Shown here: positions 1-6,709 of the stretch, in pieces
Layout of the letters: the number at the start of each line of letters is the position of its first letter
How positions within the stretch are numbered: the first letter of the stretch is position 1
NCBI GenBank assembly: GCA_964603525.1
Contig: CAZRVI010000002.1
Location: forward strand, 1-39,190
Direction of reading: 5' to 3'
DNA from: Candidatus Woesearchaeota archaeon
Lineage (GTDB): Archaea; Nanobdellota; Nanobdellia; SCGC-AAA011-G17; JACPIM01
Length of the DNA: 39,190 bases
Position numbers and translations under genes: made by a program
The notes under the pieces: generated by a model
The model's input: only the letters and a program-made list of their open reading frames with translations
The model's database searches: none
What the model was told of the DNA's origin: nothing

Positions 1-129
1 ATCATAAGATAACAACTTATCTATTCCGGCTTTTACCACAATACCACTACTAACAGAATATAACTCAGCTATGTGTATAATATCTTTTCTTAAATCATCA
101 TCAATTGATATACTAAACTTTATATTCAT
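1..129 (-). CDS. partial CDS running off the left edge; possible ribbon-helix-helix (CopG/Arc-like) small DNA-binding protein
   Basis: Absent from the ORF track because it is truncated. A reverse-strand ATG at 127-129 opens an uninterrupted frame to position 1 (MNIKFSISIDDDLRKDIIHIAELYSVSSGIVVKAGIDKLLSYD...). A short strand-like FSISIDDDL followed by helical segments resembles RHH N-termini. Pattern-level call only. Confidence 0.3.
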   Translation of the reverse strand, partial: MNIKFSISIDDDLRKDIIHIAELYSVSSGIVVKAGIDKLLSYD

Positions 130-163
130 AATACTACCCCCTTTTTGTATTATATTGATAATA

Positions 164-604
164 TTATTTATTATCAACATTAGTACAATTTTTAATATCA
201 ACATTAACTAATTCACAACTAAATATCAATCCAGGACATTCAATTTCATATTCCGTTTTTTTATTCACACCCTTATCAATATAATCCAAAACTATATTAT
301 ACACACCAGGTTCATTAATTTGAGCAACTCTACTTTTAAAATCAACTTTTTCATCAGAAATATAATCTTTACTCCAACTCCCATTAACCTTAAATTTTAA
401 AATTGTAAAATCCAGAAATGGATCTTTCTTTTCAACAATAACTTCAATATCATTAACATAAATTTTATCATCATCAGAATAAACTTTTAAATTTAAAGAA
501 CCATCTTTCTTACACAAAACCTCATCAAACACTAAATCCCCCCTAACAAATCCAGATATTAAAATTAAAAATACAAAAATCAAAACTAATTTATAAAATC
601 GCAT
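164..604 (-). CDS. hypothetical secreted or membrane-anchored beta-rich protein
   Basis: N-terminal hydrophobic segment (LVLIFVFLILISGFV) followed by a beta-strand-like, Cys-containing body. Its ATG shares one base with the deoA stop (TAATG on the minus strand at 602-606), suggesting co-translation. The motif EPGVYNIVLDY weakly recalls EPGTYYFRLYD of the 4642-6364 paralog family. Confidence 0.55.
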   Translation of the reverse strand: MRFYKLVLIFVFLILISGFVRGDLVFDEVLCKKDGSLNLKVYSDDDKIYVNDIEVIVEKKDPFLDFTILKFKVNGSWSKDYISDEKVDFKSRVAQINEPGVYNIVLDYIDKGVNKKTEYEIECPGLIFSCELVNVDIKNCTNVDNK

Positions 605-2094
605 TATTCAATTTCAATAATCTTAACTTTATTAAAAACATCTAAAGTATAATTCAATCTTTTACTATTCTTAGAATATACAGTCAATAAAACATCACCT
701 TCTTTAACCTTATCTCCTTTATGCACATTTAAATAAATTCCAGCTTCCTTGTCAAATGGTGCACCAGCAATTCTTGCTATTCTTACCAAAGCCTTATTAT
801 CAATTCTTTTTACAACACCATTTTTCTTTGCCTTTACCATATAAGAATACTGCCCAATTTTAATATCTTCTGGTTTAATATCAGGATTACCCTCTTGCTC
901 TTTAATTATTTCCTTAAATTTTTCATATGCTTTACCAGATTCTAAAATCTCTCTTGCAGTTTCCTGATTACCTTTTCCAACCATTTTTAACATTAAACCA
1001 GCTATATGTATTGATTTTTCTTTTAAGTCCTTAGGTGCTCTTACATCATTCATTAAAACATATAAAACATCTCTTGCTTCCAAACTAGGTCCAATTCCAT
1101 TTCCAATAGGTTGTGTTCCATCAGTCATTATAACTTCCATCTTAATACCTAATTTTTTACCTAATTTATAAAACATTTTCCTTAAACGATTAGCTCTTTT
1201 CACACTTTCAATTTTAGCTCCAGGACCATAAGCAATATCAATTAGAACATGCGTAGCATTAACAGCCTTTTTCTTAGCCATTATGCTGCTCAATAAAATA
1301 CCTTCAGGATCTAAACTTAAAGGGTGTTCCATTTTAATTATCTTATCGTCTGCACTTGCTAAATCCATTGCACCACACCAAACAATACAACCATTAGTCT
1401 TCTCCACAATCTCTTTTATTTTATCTGTGGAAAAAGAAACATTTGCAAACACCTCAAAAACATCAGCTGTACCAGCAGCACTTGTAATTGCTCTTGAACT
1501 TGTTTTAGGTATGCAAACACCTGCAGCAGCAATTATAGGCACAACAATCATAGTGGTTCTATTACCAGGAGTCCCACCAGTTCCATGCTTATCTAATATA
1601 ATATTCCTATCTAATTTTAATTGTGCCCCATTATTCACAATAGCATTTGTTAATGCAACAGTTTCATTCATACTTAAGCCATGTGTATAGCATGCAGAAA
1701 CAAAAAATCCTAACTCAACCTCGCTTATTGTATTATCAACAACATCCTTAATAATAGCATTTATTTCCTCACTACTTAATTCTTGTCTATCTAATTTTTT
1801 CTTAATATAACTAATAGAATCAGGCTTTTTTTCAATACTAACATCAACTAACTCATTTTCCTTAACTCCTAATTTATCAAAAACCTCTTCAAACAAACCA
1901 ATTTCTCCGCTTCTAATACCTTTATTCTCGCAAATATTTACAACAGCAACAATATATTTTTCATCCTTCTTTATTTTTACTCTATCTAATGCATGCAAAT
2001 CCATTTTACTAGAATCCTCTTTATTTAATACAACTATTAAAGGACCCCCAGTAGATAAATTAACGTCTTTTACTTTTAGTTTCATGTTTCTCAC
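604..2094 (-). CDS. deoA: AMP phosphorylase (archaeal thymidine-phosphorylase-family enzyme with extra N-terminal domain)
   Basis: 496 aa. The N-terminal MKLKVKDVNLSTGGPLIVVLNKED...LDRVKI domain is typical of archaeal AMP phosphorylases. HGTGGTPGNRTT phosphate-binding motif, and a glycosyl-transferase family 3 core with a C-terminal PYNP-like domain (GDKVKEGDVLLTVYS). The real start could be the internal Met at 2085. Confidence 0.85.
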   Translation of the reverse strand: MRNMKLKVKDVNLSTGGPLIVVLNKEDSSKMDLHALDRVKIKKDEKYIVAVVNICENKGIRSGEIGLFEEVFDKLGVKENELVDVSIEKKPDSISYIKKKLDRQELSSEEINAIIKDVVDNTISEVELGFFVSACYTHGLSMNETVALTNAIVNNGAQLKLDRNIILDKHGTGGTPGNRTTMIVVPIIAAAGVCIPKTSSRAITSAAGTADVFEVFANVSFSTDKIKEIVEKTNGCIVWCGAMDLASADDKIIKMEHPLSLDPEGILLSSIMAKKKAVNATHVLIDIAYGPGAKIESVKRANRLRKMFYKLGKKLGIKMEVIMTDGTQPIGNGIGPSLEARDVLYVLMNDVRAPKDLKEKSIHIAGLMLKMVGKGNQETAREILESGKAYEKFKEIIKEQEGNPDIKPEDIKIGQYSYMVKAKKNGVVKRIDNKALVRIARIAGAPFDKEAGIYLNVHKGDKVKEGDVLLTVYSKNSKRLNYTLDVFNKVKIIEIE

Positions 2095-3088
2095 TTATAT
2101 ATATTTCAAAGAATAAAGTTAATATAGATAATAGTAAAGGACCAATAATAATTCCGATTAAACCTAAAACTTTTAATCCTCCTAATACACCTAATAAAAC
2201 AAAAACAGGATGAACCTTGCCCTTAACTCCAATTATCTTTGGTCTAACTATGTTTTCCATGCTACTAACTGCAACCCAGCAATATATCATAAAACCAACA
2301 CCAGCTAACACTTTCCCAGTAACTATTGAATAAATACCTACAGGTAGCCATACCAAGCTTGCTCCAACAACAGGTAACATGCTTAAAATAGTCATTATTA
2401 TTCCCCATAATATAGGGCTTCCTAAACCAAATATATAAAACCCTAATGCACCTAATGTTCCAGCAATAATTGAAGTAACTATAATACCATAAAGTGTAGC
2501 ATAAATAACAGAATTAAATTTTTTAGATAAATCTTTTTTATGCGATTCTCTCAAAGGTATTTCTTTTCCTATCAATTTTATAAATTTCTTTCCGTCTTTT
2601 AAAGAATAGAACATAACAAAGAATATAACAAACAAAGCAATCAACTTCTCAGGCAAACTCCAAATAAACTTTTCTGTTTGTTGCATTATATATACAGAAA
2701 GTCTATTTAACATGTCTTTAATATAAGCACCTAAATCTATATTTTCACCAAAATAATCTCCAACATACTTATTAATTTCATCTTTTTCTATATTGCTTAT
2801 CTTATAAAATAAATCTACAGATTCGTTAATCACAGAATTAGTAACAAAGATAACAGGAACTATTAGAATTATCAAAACAACTAAAGTCACAATAAATGAG
2901 CAAATAGTCTTGTTCCTGATAACTCTTAATAATTTTTTATATAAAGGATAAAAAATATAAGCAAGAACAATTGCACCTAAAATAGAAGTTAAAAAAGATT
3001 TAATTAAAATAATAGAGATTATAATAATTAATAAAAAGAAACCTAAAAAATAATACTTAGAATATTTTTTTAAGCTTAATTGGTCCAT
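2060..3088 (-). CDS. AI-2E family transporter (PerM/UPF0118-like permease)
   Basis: 342 aa with about 7-8 predicted TM segments. The C-terminal half has the family-typical MLPVVGASLVWLPVGIY...VRPKIIG...HPVFVLLGVLGG pattern. The 3' end overlaps the deoA start. Confidence 0.7.
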   Translation of the reverse strand: MDQLSLKKYSKYYFLGFFLLIIIISIILIKSFLTSILGAIVLAYIFYPLYKKLLRVIRNKTICSFIVTLVVLIILIVPVIFVTNSVINESVDLFYKISNIEKDEINKYVGDYFGENIDLGAYIKDMLNRLSVYIMQQTEKFIWSLPEKLIALFVIFFVMFYSLKDGKKFIKLIGKEIPLRESHKKDLSKKFNSVIYATLYGIIVTSIIAGTLGALGFYIFGLGSPILWGIIMTILSMLPVVGASLVWLPVGIYSIVTGKVLAGVGFMIYCWVAVSSMENIVRPKIIGVKGKVHPVFVLLGVLGGLKVLGLIGIIIGPLLLSILTLFFEIYISEKHETKSKRR

Positions 3089-3110
3089 ATTATCTTTCTA
3101 TTAACCTTTC

Positions 3111-3118
3111 TTTATAAA
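3111..3118 (-). promoter_or_regulatory. TATA-box candidate for the AI-2E/deoA transcription unit (leaderless)
   Basis: Palindromic TTTATAAA centred 26.5 nt upstream of the minus-strand ATG at 3086-3088. Confidence 0.4.
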
Positions 3119-3131
3119 TTTTATGGAAACC

Positions 3132-3139
3132 TTTAAAAA
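3132..3139 (+). promoter_or_regulatory. TATA-box candidate for the rimB-like/rimK-like unit (leaderless)
   Basis: TTTAAAAA centred 27.5 nt upstream of the ATG at 3163, with purine-rich GGAAAC immediately 5' (BRE-like). Confidence 0.4.
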
Positions 3140-3162
3140 TCTATTGACTTTTATTTATAATA

Positions 3163-3486
3163 ATGCAAAAAACCATATTAGGTCTAATAGAAAAAATAAA
3201 GATTAATGGTAAGGAATTAAAAGCAAAAATAGACACTGGAGCCCAAGGAAATTCTATAGATATCAAATTAGCTCAAAAGTTAAGATTAGGCCCAATAATA
3301 AAAACATATAAAATTAAAACTTCTGCAGGACATGCAAGAAGACCAGCTGTTAGAGCTCATTTAGAAATTAAAGGAAGAAAGTTTAATACAATCTTCAATG
3401 TAAGTGACAGAAAACACATGGAATATCCTGTGCTAATAGGAAGAAGAATACTTAAAAAAGGTTTCTTAGTAGATGTATCAAAATGA
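3163..3486 (+). CDS. RimB-like retropepsin-fold aspartic protease (the family annotated as putative ATP-dependent zinc protease, DUF785)
   Basis: 107 aa. It has AKIDTGAQGNS (a D-T-G-A active-site signature), then ...RRPAVRAHLEIKGRKF...SDRKHMEYPVLIGRRILKKGFLVD, matching the family pattern. It overlaps the downstream RimK-like gene by ATGA (3483-3486). Confidence 0.8.
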   Translation: MQKTILGLIEKIKINGKELKAKIDTGAQGNSIDIKLAQKLRLGPIIKTYKIKTSAGHARRPAVRAHLEIKGRKFNTIFNVSDRKHMEYPVLIGRRILKKGFLVDVSK

Positions 3487-4574
3487 AACTGGCTATTATA
3501 AGTTTGGGAGGAGAATCCGCTAAAAACATACTTAAAGAAGCAAAAACTTATTTTAAAAAAACAGATTTACTTAATCTTAAAGAAACAGAAGTTCATGTAG
3601 ATTCAAAAAAAATACAAGTTCTATACAAAGAAAAACCAATAGAAGATTATGATTGTATTTATATTAGAGGCTCTTATAAATATTCTCTACTACAAAGATC
3701 ATTAACAAGAGCATTACATCACAAAACTTACATGCCAATTAACCCAGCAGCATTTACAATAGGACATAATAAATTTTTAACTCTGCTTGAATTGCAAAAA
3801 AATAAAATTCCTCTACCCAAAACTTATCTGGCAGCAACTACAAAAGCAGCAAAAAAACTGCTAGAAAAAATACATTATCCTATTATCATGAAAATACCTG
3901 AAGGAACTCATGGTAAAGGAGTTATGTTTGCAGATTCTGAAAGTTCAGCAAGATCCATGATAGACACATTAGAAATATTCAAACAACCATATATCTTACA
4001 AGAATATGTTGAAACAGGAGCAACAGATATAAGAACAATAGTTGCAGGGGATAAAGTAATAGCTTGTATGAAAAGAAAAGCACCTTTAACAGAAATGAGA
4101 GCAAACATACATGCTGGAGGAAAAGGACAACCATATGAACTAGATTATGATACAGAACAAATAGCTATTAAAGCAGCACATGCAATAGGTGCAGAAATCT
4201 GTGCAATTGATATTCTAGAAACAGGAAAAAAGTCAATGGTAATAGAAATTAATCTTTCTCCAGGATTAAAAGGTATAACATCTGTTACTAAAAAAAACAT
4301 AGCAAAAGACATTGCAAAATTTCTAGCAAAAGAAACAAAACAATTTATAGCATCAGCACAAAAAACAGGATATAGCAAAATTATGCAAGAGCTTGAACTA
4401 GAATCAAAAAACAATAAAGAAACTAAAGAAATACTAACTTCATTAAATGTTAAAGAAGGAATAATAAAATTACCCAAGATAATTTCTAAAATATCTAAAT
4501 TAAAATCAGACGATGAAGTAATAATAAAGATAGATAAAGGAAAAATAGAAATTAAAAAACATGAAATTAAATAA
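3483..4574 (+). CDS. rimK: RimK-family ATP-grasp alpha-L-glutamate ligase with ~75 aa C-terminal extension
   Basis: 363 aa. The ATP-grasp core reads HYPIIMKIPEGTHGKGVMFADS...PYILQEYVE...DIRTIVAGDKVIACMKR...RANIHAGG...AIDILE...MVIEINLSPGL. The extra tail (about 4344-4571) ends EGIIKLPKIISKISKLKSDDEVIIKIDKGKIEIKK, which resembles an AbrB/SpoVT swapped-hairpin segment. Confidence 0.85.
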   Translation: MKLAIISLGGESAKNILKEAKTYFKKTDLLNLKETEVHVDSKKIQVLYKEKPIEDYDCIYIRGSYKYSLLQRSLTRALHHKTYMPINPAAFTIGHNKFLTLLELQKNKIPLPKTYLAATTKAAKKLLEKIHYPIIMKIPEGTHGKGVMFADSESSARSMIDTLEIFKQPYILQEYVETGATDIRTIVAGDKVIACMKRKAPLTEMRANIHAGGKGQPYELDYDTEQIAIKAAHAIGAEICAIDILETGKKSMVIEINLSPGLKGITSVTKKNIAKDIAKFLAKETKQFIASAQKTGYSKIMQELELESKNNKETKEILTSLNVKEGIIKLPKIISKISKLKSDDEVIIKIDKGKIEIKKHEIK

Positions 4575-4587
4575 ATATTAAAATATA

Positions 4588-4593
4588 TTTTTT
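4588..4593 (+). terminator. oligo-T tract downstream of the rimK-like gene
   Basis: A T6 run starts 14 nt after the TAA at 4572-4574, and archaeal termination typically uses oligo-T. Weak evidence in such an AT-rich sequence. Confidence 0.25.
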
Positions 4594-4626
4594 AATCCAT
4601 TAACAGAAAAAATTAATTTATATAAT

Positions 4627-4641
4627 AAAAAAAGAAAAAAA
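4627..4641 (-). terminator. oligo-T terminator candidate ending the paralog operon
   Basis: On the minus strand the TGA stop at 4642-4644 is followed immediately by TTTTTTTCTTTTTTT (T7-C-T7). Confidence 0.4.
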
Positions 4642-5070
4642 TCAATAATGTTTCTTTGGACCTACAGGTTCATACAAAACACCAACTGTAAAGTATGCTT
4701 TTACATATTCTTTACTACCTAAATCATATAATCTAAAGTAATATGTTCCTGGTTCAAAAGCATCTATTAATTTAAATTTAACTTCACTAATATCCTTGCA
4801 TTTATATCTTTTGCATACCTGTGCAGCAGATTGCATATACCTATAATCTGTATCAGCTCTATAAACATCTATATCAGTATCAACACCCTTGCTTCCAGGA
4901 ATTACAGTTAATGTTATAGTTTCACTTGGTAAAGCATATGTTTTATCTAGCATCACAGTTGTTGTTTTTTCTTTAATAGCTTCCCCAGTTATACCTGTAA
5001 AATTAAAACTCACAATAGCAATTAGTAAAATCAAAACAGCCCATACCAAAACTTTATTTTCTTGCCTCAT
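4642..5070 (-). CDS. signal-anchored small beta-rich protein, paralog P1 of a four-member tandem family (unnamed)
   Basis: 142 aa. MRQENK + hydrophobic VLVWAVLILLIAIVSF + NFTGITGE, then VIPGSKGVD, VYR, CKRYKC, EPGTYYFRLYD, and a VKAYFTV tail. GGAG lies 6 nt upstream of the ATG (5077-5080). Confidence 0.75.
   Translation of the reverse strand: MRQENKVLVWAVLILLIAIVSFNFTGITGEAIKEKTTTVMLDKTYALPSETITLTVIPGSKGVDTDIDVYRADTDYRYMQSAAQVCKRYKCKDISEVKFKLIDAFEPGTYYFRLYDLGSKEYVKAYFTVGVLYEPVGPKKHY
4991..5031. repeat. near-identical DNA block shared with 5446-5486 (codes the signal-anchor of P1)
   Basis: Perfect 17-nt (4991-5007 = 5446-5462) and 20-nt (5012-5031 = 5467-5486) matches, separated by a 4-nt spacer with 2 mismatches. 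The flanking coding DNA is much more diverged. Confidence 0.8.
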
Positions 5071-5102
5071 TTTTTACTCCATTATATTTTTATATTTAAA
5101 CT

Positions 5103-5528
5103 TTAATCTACTAGTCTAAACTTAACATCTATATTCTTTCCTGTTTTATGGTTTTTAACTCTTATAACATATGTTCCTTCTGGCCATATTCTTTTATCAT
5201 AAGTTCCTAAGTAATTATAAGTAACTTCTGAAGGTTTATAACAAGTATTTCCAAATCTTCCACACACCCATGCTTTGCTGTTACTCATCCTTCCACCATT
5301 CGCTCTATAAATCCACATATATCTGTTATCTACTCCTTCTTTTGGAGGAATAACCTTAACTTTTATTGTTTCTCCTCTATGTACAATCCCATCAGGATGT
5401 GAAATTATCTTTAATACATCTTTATTTCTTACAAATTCACCTGTCATACCTGTAAAATTAAAGCTAACAATAGCAATTAGTAAAATAAATACTGCTAATA
5501 AAATTGTTTTTGTGTTTTTTTCCATCAT
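5103..5528 (-). CDS. signal-anchored small beta-rich protein, paralog P2
   Basis: 141 aa. MMEKNTKT + ILLAVFILLIAIVSF + NFTGMTGE, then VIPPKEGVD, IYR, CGRFGNTC, PEGTYVIRVKN. GAGGTGAT lies directly upstream of the ATGATG start (5531-5536). Confidence 0.75.
   Translation of the reverse strand: MMEKNTKTILLAVFILLIAIVSFNFTGMTGEFVRNKDVLKIISHPDGIVHRGETIKVKVIPPKEGVDNRYMWIYRANGGRMSNSKAWVCGRFGNTCYKPSEVTYNYLGTYDKRIWPEGTYVIRVKNHKTGKNIDVKFRLVD
5446..5486. repeat. second copy of the signal-anchor DNA block (see 4991-5031)
   Basis: Same perfect 17-nt and 20-nt blocks as in P1. Confidence 0.8.
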
Positions 5529-5538
5529 ATCACCTCAT

Positions 5539-5964
5539 CTATTCTATAACAAATTTGTTTGAATCAAATTTAATATCATTCTTTGAAGTATCATAATTAT
5601 CTCTTTCAGCTCTAAAGAAATATGTTCCTGCTTTATTCCCTGAACTTAACTTATATGTCAAAGTTACATCATCATAACAAATGTTTTTATTACATATTGT
5701 TATACTTTCACTTCCAACCCTTACACTTCCTGTTGGAGTTACTTTATAAAGTCTTAACCATTTATCAACACCCATACTTCCAACATCAACCTTTATTGTT
5801 AATAATTTCATTGTATCATATTTACCGAAACTTACTTTTGTAGGGTTTACAGTAATCTTTGTAATTTGTTCTTTTGTTATTTCACCTGTCATACCTTTAA
5901 AATTATAAGCAACCAATGCCACCAATATTATCAAAACAACAACAATCCATGTTTTGTTTTCCAT
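5539..5964 (-). CDS. signal-anchored small beta-rich protein, paralog P3
   Basis: 141 aa. MENKT + WIVVVLIILVALVAY + NFKGMTGE, then VDVGSMGVD, LYK, CNKNIC, AGTYFFRAER. A strong AAGGAGGT site at 5972-5979 lies 7 nt upstream of the ATG. Confidence 0.75.
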   Translation of the reverse strand: MENKTWIVVVLIILVALVAYNFKGMTGEITKEQITKITVNPTKVSFGKYDTMKLLTIKVDVGSMGVDKWLRLYKVTPTGSVRVGSESITICNKNICYDDVTLTYKLSSGNKAGTYFFRAERDNYDTSKNDIKFDSNKFVIE

Positions 5965-5971
5965 TTAAACA

Positions 5972-5979
5972 ACCTCCTT
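5972..5979 (-). promoter_or_regulatory. Shine-Dalgarno-like ribosome-binding site for P3
   Basis: AAGGAGGT on the minus strand, with a 7-nt spacer to the ATG at 5962-5964. It overlaps the P4 stop codon. Confidence 0.55.
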
Positions 5980-6364
5980 AAGTTATAGTGAAATATGCTT
6001 TCACATAATCATCAATACCATAATCAAATATTTTGACATAATGAATCCCAGGTTCCCAAGCATGTGTGCTAAAACTAAAAGTACTTGTTTCAAGGCATTT
6101 ATAGGAACCACCACAAACTCTGTAAGTACAACCTTTTCTTAAATTATCTTCAGCTTGATAAAAACAAGCTCTTTTATAAACTCCTTTTGGCCCAGGATCC
6201 ACAGTAACATAAATTTTTTGTCCAGGATTTATCACATCAGGTGTTATAGAAATACTGGTTTTGCTCTTTATAACCTCTCCAGTTAAACTATTATAATTAA
6301 ATGAAACTAAAGCAATAACTAAAATAAAAATAGCACCCATTAAAATTCTACTGCTTTTCTCCAT
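5978..6364 (-). CDS. signal-anchored small beta-rich protein, paralog P4
   Basis: The track ORF starts at GTG 6373. I prefer the ATG at 6362-6364 (MEKSSRILMGAIF...) because AGGTGA (6370-6375) sits 5 nt upstream and the N-terminus then matches P1-P3. Motifs: ILVIALVSF + NYNSLTGE, VDPGPKGVY, FYQ, CGGSYKC, EPGIHYVKIFDY, and a VKAYFTIT tail. Confidence 0.75.
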   Translation of the reverse strand: MEKSSRILMGAIFILVIALVSFNYNSLTGEVIKSKTSISITPDVINPGQKIYVTVDPGPKGVYKRACFYQAEDNLRKGCTYRVCGGSYKCLETSTFSFSTHAWEPGIHYVKIFDYGIDDYVKAYFTIT

Positions 6365-6426
6365 TAGTTTCACCTTTTTTTCAATATTATTTAAAAAGTT
6401 ACTTTCTTTAAATACTTTTCGTTTGT

Positions 6427-6621
6427 TTATCTATAAATCATTCTTGTTACAGCATCCATAGCATCAATTCTCATTAACACATAACCTATAACTAATAATA
6501 ATACTAATATCAATATTATCAATGCTGTTAATAGTTTATTTGTTCTTTGTTGCAATATCTGAGAATAAGAAACTTCATATCTTTTAACTTTTCCATTCTT
6601 TCCAGTTAGCTCATACTCCAT
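6427..6621 (-). CDS. hypothetical 64-aa single-pass membrane protein (first gene of the paralog operon)
   Basis: Polar ~30-aa N-terminus, one TM (LLTALIILILVLLLVIGYVLM) and a short tail. It has no SD-like site but does have a TATA-like box ~28 nt upstream, so it is probably the leaderless first cistron. Confidence 0.5.
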   Translation of the reverse strand: MEYELTGKNGKVKRYEVSYSQILQQRTNKLLTALIILILVLLLVIGYVLMRIDAMDAVTRMIYR

Positions 6622-6645
6622 TTTAATTCTAAGAATAATTTACTA

Positions 6646-6653
6646 CTTTAAAA
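6646..6653 (-). promoter_or_regulatory. TATA-box candidate for the 64-aa gene + P4-P1 operon
   Basis: Minus-strand TTTTAAAG centred 28.5 nt upstream of the ATG at 6619-6621. Confidence 0.4.
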
Positions 6654-6709
6654 GAATTTCTAAATCATATAATATATTTTTAAAAATTTATTTCTATCTT
6701 AATTAAAAA

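Noticed and set aside
1283-1690. 135-aa plus-strand ORF inside deoA
   Set aside because: It lies entirely antisense to a well-supported AMP phosphorylase gene, has a low-complexity hydrophobic translation, and has no start context. It is a shadow ORF.
3908-4477. Two minus-strand ORFs (66 and 110 aa) inside the rimK-like gene
   Set aside because: Both are antisense shadows of a gene with clear ATP-grasp motifs, and neither has recognisable motifs.
4889-5843. Plus-strand ORFs 4889-5119 and 5622-5843 across the paralog operon
   Set aside because: They are antisense to P1/P2 and P3, which have SD sites and mutually conserved motifs. Their translations are low-complexity.
4642-6364. Possibility that P1-P4 are archaeal type IV pilins/archaellins (class III signal peptides)
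   Set aside because: The residue before the hydrophobic stretch is K/T/R rather than the G/A expected at -1 of a PibD/EppA site (MRQENK-V, KNTKT-I, MENKT-W, EKSSR-I). The conserved motif also lies after the hydrophobic segment, not before it. A Sec-type signal or signal anchor fits better. This is not fully excluded without FlaFind-type analysis.
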